Assembly (NCBI GenBank): GCA_964016885.1
Contig: OZ024746.1
Coordinates: forward strand, 13,826,001-13,890,000
Source: Eledone cirrhosa
Lineage: Eukaryota
Length of the DNA stretch: 64,000 nucleotides
Direction of reading: 5' to 3'
Shown: positions 41,827 through 56,351 of the stretch, piece after piece
Position numbering within the stretch: the stretch's first letter is position 1
Layout of the letters: each line of letters begins with the position of its first letter
Translations under genes and position numbers: made by a program
The notes under the pieces: generated by a model
What the model was told of the DNA's origin: nothing
The model's input: the letters and a program-made list of their open reading frames with translations, nothing else
The model's database searches: none

Positions 41827-43158
41827 TTATATTAAGAGTCCAACATGTCAGGAATGATCAAACAAAGTACGATGTAGTGAACTTTTCAATTACGAGTTCA
41901 AGTCTCACTGCAGTTTCCTTTCAACCCCACAAAATTCCTAAAATAAGAACTAAAAATATACAATAGTTGACTCAATCAACTAGACCTCTCAAATACATGT
42001 TAGCCTGAAGGAAAGAAGAGATGAATATTTATACATCTTATTTTCTCTTCTTTATATTCTGTTATTTGTCTCAGTTCAAATAATATTTTATACGCACTTA
42101 TTGTAAACATAATTTTTCAGACTTCATTAAATCTATTCATATAAATATGTAAACATGTTTGTCTTATTACAATCAACTTTATACTAAATCCCATGCTTCA
42201 TGCAGACAACCTTTATCTCTTGATTCCTAACAGCTTATGACGAATTCAAGTTGAATGCGTAAAATACCACTTCAACCATTTATCTTGGGACTGAGATAAA
42301 TAAGCAAAAGCATAAACGCAATGTCTTTATATTATTAGAATGGAAAAATCCATTAAAGTCAACCGATTAAATTTAGGTAAAAGGCTTGATTGGGCCAGTC
42401 AAATATTTTCTATTCAACTGCATTACGATATGGTAATGTAATAAATGTGTGAATGTTGAAATTGAATGAAACGGAGAACGATTCTTTGTTACCTAATCTT
42501 TATTCACATTATCTTGACTACTTTATATATAGTGAGGGGAGTTAAATGACCATATAGTTAAAGTGATGCTAACGTTAGCTGTCTGTATAAAACATTTGTT
42601 CTGATTAAATGACTACTCATTTTGATGAAATACCGTGGTAGTTGATGCTGATTAGATGGTATCATTTTTATGGTGTGGATAAATTGTTGATTGATGTCCT
42701 GAAACAGCAAATGTGTTTCAAATAAAGCGAAATATGTATCTTAATGTGCAAAAATGAACTTCTTGCTACTAGAGTAGAACCTGATATAATAGTCATTCGT
42801 GATATATGAGTGGGCTGTATTCCGAGACACAAGTCTGAAGATTTATAATGCATTTAATATGAAGGTGTTTCGATATTTGTTTAATGAGTTATATTTAATC
42901 AATACTTCCAACCGTGAAACTACTGCTAATTCTCAGTATCGAAATATTAATGTTTAAAATATGAAACTGTTGCTGTAATGAAAAAGAGAAGGAGAAAAGA
43001 AAGAAATAAGCAAAAAACAACTGAACAAATCTGTTGTTGGGTATTTTAAAGGTAACCGTTCTGTTGCTTTATCATTTGAATCTTTAATTTCCATGGTCTG
43101 ACTTCAATATAACTTGTAAATGAGCGGGTTTCTAGACTCGCTTTTATTATTAATATAT

Positions 43159-43556
43159 CGGTAAAGGATCGGACTCCATGCTTTGACGCATAGAGTTACG
43201 GCCCTTGCCATTATGAGTTCAAATCCCGCCGAAGTTAACTTTGCCTTTCATCCTTACGAGGTCGATAAAATAAAGTACCAGTAATGTACTGGTTAATTGC
43301 TGGCCTTGTGCCAAAAGTAGAAACAGTTATTAATAGGGTGGTGAATTGGCGGTATCGGTAAAGCGTCGGACACATTGTTTTGTGACATAGATTTACGGCC
43401 CTTTACCTTCTGAGTTCACAACCCACCGAGGTTACCTTTGCTTTTTATTCTTAGTGGGTGGATAAAATAAACTACCAGTCACGTACTGAGGTCGATTTAA
43501 TCGACTTTCCTTTCTCCCAAAATTGCTGGCCTTGTGCCTAAATCAGAAACCATTAT
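43159..43556 (+). mobile_element. Two adjacent SINE copies (43159-43331 and 43337-43556)
   Basis: Both align by eye to the 39164 copy (B-box, Meta-like core, TTGCTGGCCTTGTGCC tail). Confidence 0.88.
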
Positions 43557-44068
43557 TTACATTCTGTCCGTTATATTCTCTAACCGATGAAGAATATTTT
43601 CGGATGATTATCATATTGGGCCTCATATGTCCAGATTCAGTTACTTAGAGACATTTGGAAAACCAATTTACAGAAGTAATATTATTAAAACAACGACGGG
43701 AAATGAATACTTTTCATTTTCTACAGAGCTAGCTAGGAATATATAGAAAAATCTTGTATGCATCCCTGCCTACACAAGCGTGTATATAAGCACTTATACT
43801 CACACATGCGAACATATATATATATATAGTTCACTTATATATATATATACACACATATATATACATATACATATATATATATACACACACACACACATAT
43901 ATATATATATACATATATATATATACATATATACATATATACATATATAAAATATATATATATTATGCAGCTTCATATGCAAATGAGATTAATCACCTCA
44001 TTTACACAGTCGAGAAAGTATATATTCTCGCCTGTCTTCTAGTCCAGCAGTCGCAACCGGTGGGAGGG

Positions 44069-44112
44069 ATCGTCCTGACGAACGACAGTTAAGCCTGAAA
44101 TGCATAGACGGT
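44069..44112 (+). ncRNA. Minimal type-I hammerhead motif
   Basis: AUCGUC-CUGACGA-(weak stem II)-GAAA-UGCA-UA-GACGGU, in a GC-richer island (~44025-44210) ending in (TA)n. Confidence 0.7.
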
Positions 44113-44231
44113 TGTCCCCCTTGCTTCTGCTGGACATCACCAGAGGGCATTAGCCCCCCGGTGCTTGCATAGCTACGGCTTCCTAAAACCGTATTTCTTT
44201 GGAGATACGAAATATATATATATATATATAT

Positions 44232-44440
44232 AAGTGGTAACACAGCAGTTAGTTCACCATACCGAAAACAATTGTTTCGCCTTAGCTGATCCTCAGCTCG
44301 GATTACGAGCTGAAGATCCGCTAAGGTGAAACAATTGTTCTCGGTATGGTGAACTAACTGTTGTGTTACCACTTTTACCTAACTCGTCCCATGGACTGAG
44401 TTCTCTACCACTACGGATATTACCTTCCAGTGTTCTACCT
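44232..44440. mobile_element. Fold-back element with an HHR directly at the apex
   Basis: Arms 44232-44300 and 44306-44374, loop GATTA; unpaired tail to ~44440; flanked by (TA)n and (CT)n(TA)n. Confidence 0.88.
44306..44343 (+). ncRNA. Minimal type-I hammerhead ribozyme (mirror copy on the minus strand ~44262-44301)
   Basis: CGAG-CUGAAGA-U-CC-GCUAA-GG-U-GAAA-CAAUUG-UU-CUCG. Confidence 0.82.
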
Positions 44441-44940
44441 CTCTCTCTCTATATATATACATTTATGTTCTTCACTATAGTGATTCTCTACACATCGTAA
44501 TTGAAAACATACCCTTTTTAATTCTTCTTCTCTATATACTGTATTATGAAGAGCCCGGCACTTATTCTTTGAGCTCATTAAATTACAGGGTATTAACGCG
44601 ATTCTTTAACTTCGTTTTTTCATTTGATATTTTGGCTCCTTTGTTAGTTGAGCTTTTTAAGTTGAATGGTTACAGGCTGTCATTTCTAGCGGTTTCTCGA
44701 TCCATTCAATCGTCTATGAACTGTTTGGTGCGCATATTTTCGTTTCTCTCGACATGTGCGGTATTTCAGTTGTCTATTTAAGTCTTTTTAGAAGTGGTGA
44801 CCGTATCTTCTTTACACATATCGACGAGCCCTGAGAAATTATGGCACCAGCACTGTTTATGGCGAAACATTCTCTTCTTTAAGATTATCTAGGTATTTTG
44901 TAGTTGTCTAGGTATTTTGTCTGTACATTTTAATATACCT

Positions 44941-45008
<68 letters not shown>

Positions 45009-45649
45009 CATATATACACATATATTCAAAATCTGGATTAACATTCAGTCATATTACAACTAATAGTTTACATGTGATTAATGAATTGGCAAGATCAAAT
45101 CAAACTTGAATTTTCGTAAAGTCCTTCAGTTCTATTTGCTACAAAATGAATTAAAACTATGGCCACTGCTTCTAAAGAGTTCTGTGAAGATACTTCACAG
45201 AACTCCATATACAGTAAATGAGACTCTTCTACGAAGAGAAAAATGAAGCAATATTGAATAGAAACTTTAATGTCGAGTTTCTCTATCATTCGAGAAGGAA
45301 TCAAAAAGTGTGTTGGATACTAAATGTTCTGTTGCAAGAATGAATTTGATAACCTATTTGGAATAAATATTTCGAGATTTATTGATAACATTTTCTTAGA
45401 TGGAATCGAAAAAGAGTATTTCTGCTTAAACCAACATATACCGGAGCAAGTCCTATATATATATATAAATCCCAGTACAATTTATTCGGCAATAGTATCA
45501 TGTAACATTTCTTAATATTGTCTTCGTTAACTGAGAACCAGCCATAACTGCTGGATGAAGTTTAACATAAGTGATATTCTTCAAAAAGTCTATAATTCTA
45601 AAACCGACTCAAATAGATATGAACAGGTGAACCTCTAAGTATTCTTTAA

Positions 45650-45845
45650 CCCTTTAGCATTTTTAAACCGGCCGTAACCAGCCAGAATTCTCTCACCCCT
45701 TTCTGCTCAAACTGGCCACTCATACTGATGCTAAGTTATTTTTCTCAAAATAAATAATATCAACATCTCATAGATTTGATATTATGTGAGTTAAAGCCTT
45801 TACCGAGAAAATACAATAATATAGAGTATTGTAAATGTTAGAGGG
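45650..45845. mobile_element. piggyBac-type MITE
   Basis: TTAA-CCCTTTAGCATTT ... AAATGTTAGAGGG-TTAA (TTAA TSD, CCC/GGG ends). Confidence 0.85.
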
Positions 45846-46636
45846 TTAAAATTAACAACACAAATATAGGAAATATGGAGGTTGGGTGGGGGTGGGTGGA
45901 GAAGAAGTTGATACGGGTTCTATTATATTATAACATCACTTTATTCCAACAAGTCTATCACCTTCAAACATTATGCTTGTATGCTGGTAACTCTCCCCTC
46001 AGACGCGTTTCTTACTCTATAAGGTTGAATAGATATTCTAGATATATATTTAACCGAACAGAAACATCTCCCAAACAAGCGTAACTACTCTGATTACCAG
46101 CCTGTCATCACTACTCCCAATATATCAAAGGTGATGATGATAGTGGTAAACGTTCCCATTGAGTTAGTTTCAGAAAAGAGACTACCAGCACAATTTCTAC
46201 TTGGAAAGAGCGACTAAAATTCATTTTCTTAAATTACACAGAAATATTCTTTCGATCGTTTTAAAATTTATGAATTCTGTCGACTCTAGCGTTCATCACA
46301 ATTCGTTTATGTCCCCAATACTTCCATAAATTTTGTTTTCTAGATCAATAAATTGTCGCTGTTATCTCTCCACCCCACTACACACACACGCGAACACTCC
46401 CTACATCTCTACAGATGGAATAATTCAGTATTCGATAACCGCTCGCACATAGGCGTCATTCACACGCAATCTAGACATCTAAGAATAATTCCAAGAATGC
46501 ATTATTCAGAAAGAATTCATCAAAAGGAACTGATATACAATACTACAGTTTGCCTTTTCATGAAGTGAAAACCCCCAAACTTTACATTGCTTGGTTTTAT
46601 AATCCCCGAGGACCTTTCAGTATTGTATATAAATTT

Positions 46637-46960
46637 CTATTCACATCTATCGTCTTCAACCCTGGAAAGTATATTGTTGAACTTAGGCCTTCCCTGAGCT
46701 GGGACATCATTTTGCCGATCCTGAGCCATTCGTGACCAAAAGTTTTCAATTTTCTCGATGTCGTCTCGCCATCTGGTCTTCTGGCGGTCCTCTGTTTCTT
46801 GTGTGATCACGTGGGTTCCAGAAGGTGTCGCTGGTGGGCCATCTGTTGTCATGATTTTTAGGATATCGCAAACTTCTATTTTTTCTTGGATCCATTCAGT
46901 GGTTTTTCGATCTGGCCATATGATGTTTCACATGATCATTTCGTGGGCTCTTTGTCCTGG
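46637..46960 (-). pseudogene. Decayed RTE-clade LINE 3' fragment
   Basis: RQKTRWRDDIEKIENFWSRMAQDRQ matches the RTE C-terminal motif GRP..RW.D.I...W...AQDR. Confidence 0.7.
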
Positions 46961-48790
46961 ATGTGACACCTTGACGCAGTAATGGGACTTGCGAGGACCG
47001 ACGAAACCTGAACCTATGCCAAGCACGTTTAACAATGCTGGAAAGATTGGGTTCGAGGTTCCAGACCAAGAACATATCCACACCCAACCAACCTGCACTG
47101 CGCAAACGTGGTAGGGTATGGCCCACTCACTCACATCTAAAACATAGCCAAGATTATATTTTAAAGTCTTTGTTTTCTTTTTAGGGTTAAAATCTATTTC
47201 AGCTATAAACATATGTTAATCCTTTACAACACAATGTAACCCAATGCACTTGTCTTTCGTAATTCTTGTTTTGCCTCAAGCTCAAACAACAGTCTGCCTA
47301 ATCTCCTATCCTCCTATCTATAAATATCTCAAACCTCCTTCTTAGCCACCTTCCCATTTACAGACATTAACATATAGAAGTTCAGGATGAATACCATTTG
47401 CTTAAGGGAAGCTATTGCGAAGATTATTAGCGCTTGAACGCGATAGTAATAACAGCGTTAACGTTTAGTATCGTTGACTGTTTTTACCATCTTGCCCTGG
47501 GGCGCAGCTAAGATACGCCATACAACCAAATGCTTAGAGTTGGTTCCGTCTTCATTTCTCATCCCTTTTTCCCTCTATTTTTGTCATTCATAAAACAAAC
47601 AGACAAACTAACAAACAAACAAGCAACACAAATAAAAACAATAAAAAAAAAACATTTTGAAAGTAGTGACAAAGTTGGTTGAGTGAAAGTATGTTGTACC
47701 ATATTACAATCACGGTGTTGTCGTCTTGCTCAATATAAATACTCCCATTGATTCAATTCACAGCAATGTAAGTAGGTATAAGAAAACATTACCGCGTCGT
47801 ATTACAGTTAAACATGAACAGTAAGTAAATCAAGCCATGGCGTTCTCTCTACATGTTAGACCTTTCGTAATCAATACACATCCTAAACATAGATAGAACT
47901 GCATACAAATCTGATCCTTCCCTTCCGAATCATAAAATACTTCAGCCCTTCAACACAACTTCTGTCTCACCACAAATCTCAGATAAGACTCATACAGAAT
48001 ACTGCCTCCACATCTGGAACAGTGCTGTTGCCACACACAAACATACCGGGTCGCATTCAGAAAAAGAGTCTCTCGTCTTATTGGCATCAAGTCACCGACA
48101 GACACACTCCAGCCAACTGTCGTTGTTCCCCTTCTCTTTTACTACAAGTGTCTCTGTTCCTCGGACCTCGCCGACCGCGTATCATCTCCACTCGGACACC
48201 TTGCCTCTTCCGTATTTTCTCCCTTCTCTGTAATTCTTAGTAGAGTAGACCAAGGAATCCAGTGATTTGCGGGTGTGCAACTTCAAATTTTATGTGTGCA
48301 TAAGAACGTACGTTCTCTACAGGGTCACACGCAGACGATATGGTTTCCTATACATTGGAAGCATTATCCGGATATTTCATACACGGATCAAGTAGCACGA
48401 GAGCTCCCTCTGTCAAAAAACACCTTAATAAATGGCGTAACTGAAACATTGAGGTCACTATAGAGGCGACGGAGAGGAATGTGGGAAATTTAAGAACTAA
48501 TGAGGCCTCTGTAAACCACGGAAACCACCAATGAACAATAGAACGGAGCTACATGGAGCACAGTGGCTTTTATGACTACTTATCGTAAACGCAATCCACA
48601 CACACAACATAGGAAAGATCCATTAGAGGAGAACGCATCGTTTTTCGTCTGTTTTTTTTTTCATCTGAAAAGAAGGTGTTTACGCTGAAATATGATGAAA
48701 TATACTGAGTAAAAACATCATTTTGTTTTGTTTTATTTGTCATCATTTACCTCAATACCACCTTTATACATGTATATATATTTATATCCA

Positions 48791-48819
48791 CATTGTACCG
48801 GCTTTCTGAAGTTCTTATC
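48791..48819. mobile_element. Solo end of the 55980-56351 MITE family
   Basis: CATTGTACCGGCTTTCTGAAGTTCTTATCA. Confidence 0.65.
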
Positions 48820-49009
48820 ATCAAATACATATCTCACAATGCTTTACGTTAAATATACTGCTGCTCCCCCTCTCTCTCTCTCCCTCTCTCTCTCACTCTC
48901 TGTCTATATATTGTATATCCTATAAATATATATATATTATATACATACATTTGAGGGCGTAAGCGAAAGTGAATAGCAGAATGTATAGAATATTGAGCAA
49001 AATGTCAAA

Positions 49010-50060
<1,051 letters not shown>

Positions 50061-50285
50061 TAAACAGAAAAGAAAATGGGAATTGCAATTTTATAGCTTT
50101 CCCACGAGGATTAATGATGTAAATAAAACGAAATAGTTGCAAAAGAGAATCAAGACCGTATCGCAGACCTGGCACAAATCCCCCCCCCCCTACCCACTGA
50201 CACTTGCGTCTTTCAAACACAATCATGCATGAATTGGGTTTGACATCCGCTTTACATATTGATTCGGGAATATATGACCGATGCG

Positions 50286-50357
<72 letters not shown>

Positions 50358-50608
50358 GGAGGTAAGTTTTATTGTAGTACAATAAAGCAATGCAGATATC
50401 GGATAAGAAGCACTCTACAGTTTGTAGGACTGGAGTATACATAATATATAGTTGATTTAAAACTGCACTATCCACAAGTGTTTTTTAGCCTTCATATCAA
50501 GTCCTCCTGTTTTATCTGATGAAAACACAAATATTATTGCATGATGATGTTTGTTTTTGAAATGCGCATAATAAAATACATGGAACTCCTTTAACCATCT
50601 TTTGTTCT

Positions 50609-50642
<34 letters not shown>

Positions 50643-50645
50643 TGC

Positions 50646-50889
<244 letters not shown>

Positions 50890-50919
50890 CTACTGTTTTT
50901 ATATATATAACTACTGTTT

Positions 50920-51970
50920 TTGGTGGCTCTCTCGGACATGCCCTCTGTGGTGCATGCAACAACATCCCTCACTAGCTATGCTGATGACACTAAGGTAGCA
51001 CAGGCAATCAAAAACCCGGCTGACGCTGCCCTCTTACAGCAGGATCTGGATGCCATATACAGATGGGCGGAAGAAAACAACATGCAGTTTAATGCTGGCA
51101 AATTCCAAGCCCTACAATACAAACCTGCAAACACAAACACAAATATAGCGGAACACAGCTACACAGGACCAGGAGGGACCGATATCCCCGTGTCAAAATC
51201 GATACGAGACCTGGGCATAGACATGAGCGATGATGCATCTTTTTCTTCACACATTATGAAGGTGGCGACAGCATGTAGACGATTCGCTGGTTGGATCTTG
51301 AGGACTTTCCTTACAAGAGATCGAGACACCATGTTGACACTGTGGAGGACTTTTGTCCTAAGCCGCCTGGACTACTGCTCCCAGCTGTGGTCACTCCATA
51401 GTGTCCAACTAACCACAGAGCTTGAGGCAATCCAGCGAAGCTACACCAAGAGGATTGCCAAGATGAGGGAGACAAGCTACTGGGAGAGGCTGAGGGAACT
51501 GAACCTCTACTCCTTGGAGCGAAGACGGGAGAGATACGCAGTGATCTACATGTGGAAAATCCTGGAGGGACTAGCACCAAACTTTGGCATTGGGAGCTGG
51601 ACCAACCGTCGAACAGGACGTCACTGTGTGGTGCCAAAGGTCCCGTCTTCCACATCTAGAATAAGGAGCAGGTATTGCAATAGCCTGGGATTCAAGGGCC
51701 CTCAACTCTTCAACAGGCTGCCGAGGCATCTGCGAGACTTGCATGACGTGGAGGTGGATGTCTTTAAGAAACATCTCGACACCTTGTTATCCAGGATCCC
51801 GGATGAGCCCACAGCAAGACACGAGGGAAACCTAAGGGCAGCAGCAACAAACTCCCTCCTACACCAGTGGCCAACCTATACAGGCTGGAGATAAAATGTG
51901 TAGCAACAAGGGCGGTGCCCCAGCATGGCCTCAGCCGGATGGCTGAAACAGGTAAAAGAGTAAAAGAGTA
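50920..51970 (+). mobile_element. 5'-truncated CR1-group LINE (RT C-terminal half, 3' UTR and tail) inserted in (TA)n
   Basis: Open 324-aa frame 50920-51894 with YADDTK, LQQDLDAIYRWAEENNMQFN..K, RDLGI, LDYCSQLWS, LYSLERRRER; 3' stem-loop TCAGCC-GGAT-GGCTGA and (GTAAAAGA)2 tail. Confidence 0.92.
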
Positions 51971-51989
51971 TATATATATATATATAATA

Positions 51990-52058
51990 ATAATTGTTTC
52001 TACTTTAGGCACAAGGCCAGCAATTACCCAGTGCATTACTGGTACTTTATTTTATCGA
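51990..52058 (-). mobile_element. SINE 3' fragment
   Basis: TAATTGTTTCTACTTTAGGCACAAGGCCAGCAATTACCCAGTGCATTACTGGTACTTTATTTTATCGAC, as at 60899. Confidence 0.9.
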
Positions 52059-52243
52059 CTAATAAATTTGAAGACTCAAATCCAAAGAGGGCTCTATAAG
52101 GATAAATATATATCAAATATATAAGAACCGTAGAGCAAATATATATTAAAATAACAGATTAAAGTTTAAGCAAAGAATCGCTGCTTTCACCCTTAACGGG
52201 ATCTTCTGTTATATAATCTTTGTTATGTATATATATATATATA

Positions 52244-52446
52244 ACAAAGGAATTGTGGTAAGGAACCAGATGGACCATAACGCACCAGAGTACTCAATAC
52301 TTAGGGTAGTAGAGTGGGAAATAGGAAAAAGTATGACCCCGATGGCAGAGCTAAAGCCGTTTCGACGGCTATTTCTGGACTCATGAGTCCAGAAATAGCC
52401 GTCGAAACGGCTTTAGCTCTGCCGTCGGGGTCATACTTTTCCCTAT
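52244..52446. mobile_element. Fold-back element, family A copy 2
   Basis: Loop-less apex GGACTCA|TGAGTCC (52383/52384); arms 52321-52383 and 52384-52446; unpaired extension 52244-52320; TA-rich flanks. Confidence 0.9.
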
Positions 52447-52487
52447 ATCTATCTATATATCTCTCTCTCTCTATATATATATACACG

Positions 52488-52626
<139 letters not shown>

Positions 52627-52633
52627 GTATGTA

Positions 52634-52682
52634 TATATATAATAAAAGAAGACGTACGAATAAAACCGTCTCTCTTATTTAT

Positions 52683-52750
<68 letters not shown>

Positions 52751-52789
52751 TACACGTATATATATATATATATATACGTATATATATAC

Positions 52790-52838
<49 letters not shown>

Positions 52839-52975
52839 TACGCATATATATGTATGTATATCTATATGTATGTACATCTATTTATTATGGCCGTGTTACT
52901 CAACCATAATAAATAAATGAATACTTAAATTCTACTTCGGTATTGAGTACACTTTTCTCTCTTCGTCAACTACAC

Positions 52976-53025
<50 letters not shown>

Positions 53026-53077
53026 TAATAAATAAGAGAGACGGTTTTATTCGTACGTCTTCTTTTATTATATATAG
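52634..53077. repeat. ~55-bp inverted repeats separated by (TA)n and a small hairpin element
   Basis: AATAAAAGAAGACGTACGAATAAAACCGTCTCTCTTATTTATTATA (52641) and its reverse complement (ending ~53069); inner hairpin CATCTATTTATTATGG / CCATAATAAATAAATG at 52875-52919. Confidence 0.85.
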
Positions 53078-53121
53078 ATATACATACATACACACACATA
53101 TATATATATATATACATACAT

Positions 53122-53168
<47 letters not shown>

Positions 53169-53200
53169 TATGTGTGTGTATGTATATATATACATACATA

Positions 53201-53238
<38 letters not shown>

Positions 53239-53254
53239 TATGTATGTACATATA

Positions 53255-53316
<62 letters not shown>

Positions 53317-53865
53317 TATGTATGTATATATAGACACACACACACACACACACACCTATATTACAGCAATGTTATTACAGTTATATCACTAATGCACTCA
53401 AGAAAAAACATGAATGTCAGCCAATCTCATTATTCCTCTCTTATAAATCAAACATTCTAGAGTATTGTAACTCTATATGAAATTATACCAACTAAATTCT
53501 GTATAGGCAGATATAAGTGTTTTAATATAATTTGTATGTTTATGCATAATCGTGTAGAAACATTGATGTTAGTGGATTGTGTGTAAAAATGGGATGAACT
53601 CGTTGTGTGTATCTCTCTTAAAATACTGGAAACTATTTGAAAAGCAAAATAATACTGGAGTTCATATTTTTTTTTATCTGAACAAAATATTATGAAGCTT
53701 TCAACTAATCTGAAAGCACTCAGATCTTAATTGAGGCCATATAATTCCTATTAAACTCGGTAATAAATCGTTGAATCGTATTAAAATACTTTATATATGT
53801 ATTAAAATTAAGATGCTAATCCAATGCTCGATTTTTGCTTGATTACTCTGATTGAATGACAATCG

Positions 53866-53913
<48 letters not shown>

Positions 53914-54168
53914 GTGTGTGTGTGTGTATATGTATATTATAATGATCTGAATGGACCTACAGAGAACATATAGTACATTCATATTGTGTTTAGTTACAAA
54001 CTCTTTTAAGTATTTATAATGTAATGTTGCAATGTTTCCTTTTGTGTTTAATATTGTGTCGTCGAGTTGTCCAAGTGTAGTGTTGTGTGGTGTAACAGAG
54101 CAACAAGGATCTGTATTGCAATGTATTGTGGCATAATGCAGTAACCTGTAACTTAAATCTATAGAATG

Positions 54169-54476
54169 GTATAGTATAGTATAATATAGTATAGTATAGT
54201 ATAGTATAGTATAGTATAGTATAGTATAGTATAGTATAGTATAGTATAGTATAGTATAGTATAGTATAGTATAGTATAGTATAGTATAGTATAGTATAGT
54301 GTAGTGTAGTGTAGTGTAGTGTAGTGTAGTGTAGTGTAGTGTAGTGTAGTGTAGTATAGTGTAGTATAGTATAGTATAGTATAGTGTAGTATAGTATAGT
54401 ATAGTATAGTATAGTAAAATATAGTGTAGTATAGTATAGTATAGTATAGTATAGTATAGTATAGTATAGTATAGTA
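54169..54476. repeat. (TAGTA)n/(TAGTG)n pentanucleotide microsatellite
   Basis: Directly visible. Confidence 0.97.
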
Positions 54477-55243
54477 GATATGTAGTTGTGCACTTTAGTA
54501 CAATATGTTGTCGAGCGCGAAATGTAAAAGAATTACGGTAATATAAAAACATAGTACTGTATCTAATCTCTAATAACCAGGAATGCTTTCACCATCCTAT
54601 TGTAATTTTAGATAAGTTTGTGATCCTTTAGAATGGATGTCAACGGCAGAATATTCGTTTATCTTTTTCTATAAATAGACTTGTCAATGAAAATCAAAAA
54701 GGAAAGCAATCAATCAAAACTGAAAAAAGGCAATCAATCGGCAACTAAATACTAATCAATCAGAGACAGAAAGAAGAAAATGAAAGATTGCAAGTTTGCA
54801 ATATTGTCTGATGTATTAGGTTATTAAGTGGAATGGCACCGAGGAGATACACCGAAGTATTTTTCAATTACGTTCTTAAAAGGAAACTTAATCTTAGCAT
54901 GCAAATGAACGAGATGCTCCCAGCACGAACCATATTCCCCAAAGAACTTATTTACAGCTAGTTTGACTGACACCATTATGAGGTGTTTGTTTTTATGAGG
55001 ACACAGAGGCAATTAGACCAGTTTTACATCAATCTAGCTTGTCTTGATACACCTAGAGGAAGATCACAATCTAATAAAGCGAAACAGTTGAACTTTTTCT
55101 TAAGGATTTCACATAATTTGTCAAGAGGTACACTTGATAAACATAGTATCAGCAGTTCATATTCCATCACCGATACTGGGCTTTATGTGTGACCAAAATA
55201 TTTTAATCTAAATGCATCAACCTTTATTATTGTTATAATTGTA

Positions 55244-55405
55244 TGGCCCTTTTACGTTCTGAGTTCAAATCCCCTCGAGGTTAGCTTTGCCTTTAATCCT
55301 CACAGCGTCGATAAAATACAGCACCAGTAATACACTGGGTCGATTTAATCGACTTTCCCTTCCCCTTGAAATTTCTGGCCTTGTGCCTAAATCAGAAACC
55401 ATTAT
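55244..55405 (+). mobile_element. 5'-truncated SINE
   Basis: CGTTCTGAGTTCAAATCCCCTCGAGGTTAGCTTTGCC..CTGGCCTTGTGCCTAAATCAGAAACC. Confidence 0.85.
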
Positions 55406-55979
55406 TGTATGGTCTAGCAGAACTATAATCAAAGACATACTAACTATGACATTCACGTCTTCATTTTTTCAGCCCCTCCCTTTTCAAGACATTAGGGTAT
55501 GATGTGAAGATGATATGATTATGAATCTCACGGCTAAGTGCAGCTGCAGTGCTGTATAATTGTTCATTATATGCAGTGTTGCAGTTGAAATGTGTATATA
55601 GCAGCGATTATAACATACGGATAACAATAAACACTGACAGCTCCTATCTATTTCCCAACTTTACCATCCGGAAGAATTGAACTCAGTACTGAAAGTCAAT
55701 GAAGTCCTTGCCAAATTTGCATTGTTGTCACTATTTCTAATGGTGAAATATACCATATATGGTGAAATATACCATATATGGTCATGAGGAAGGAGTTGTG
55801 TCCATAACCTTTGCAGGCACTCCGAGACTAATGAGATCGATACTGTGATGTTCAGTTTAAATTGATTGCAGGTCAGATACACCGGAAGAGAATTCCAGAG
55901 GTTCAATTTCCTGGGGTGGAAGAACTGGGCAGAGTGATTAGGGAGGGTCATGAGTAGTTGTATATATATTTCATTTGGC

Positions 55980-56351
55980 ATTATACCGGCTTTCTCAAGT
56001 TCTTATCACTTATTACAAATGTACACACACACACACACATACACAGACATACACACGCACACATATAAATATACACACATACACACAAAGGAACACACGC
56101 ACACATACATATATATATATGTATAAACACACACACACACACACATACATACACAAAGACACGCATATAAACATACACACGCACACACTCACATATACAC
56201 ACACATGCAAACACACTCAAACCCGTACAAATATACACATACGCACACACGCACATACACACACACACCGGCACACACGTACACACACACCGACATACAT
56301 GTGTGTTTACGTGTGTAATAAGTGACAAGAACTTCAGAAAGCCGGTACAAT
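55980..56351. mobile_element. MITE with ~38-bp TIRs and a CA-rich interior
   Basis: ATTATACCGGCTTTCTCAAGTTCTTATCACTTATTACA / TGTAATAAGTGACAAGAACTTCAGAAAGCCGGTACAAT. Confidence 0.8.

Noticed and set aside
44560-44880. Possible decayed RTE fragment and a long-stem HHR-like GACGA-GCC...GGC-GAAAC
   Set aside because: Similarity is too weak to support by eye.
52149-52212. HHR-like CAGAAGA-UCCC-GUUAA-GGG-U-GAAA on the minus strand
   Set aside because: Core is mutated and stems I and III are not recoverable; possibly a decayed relative of the 44.3-kb motif but not callable.
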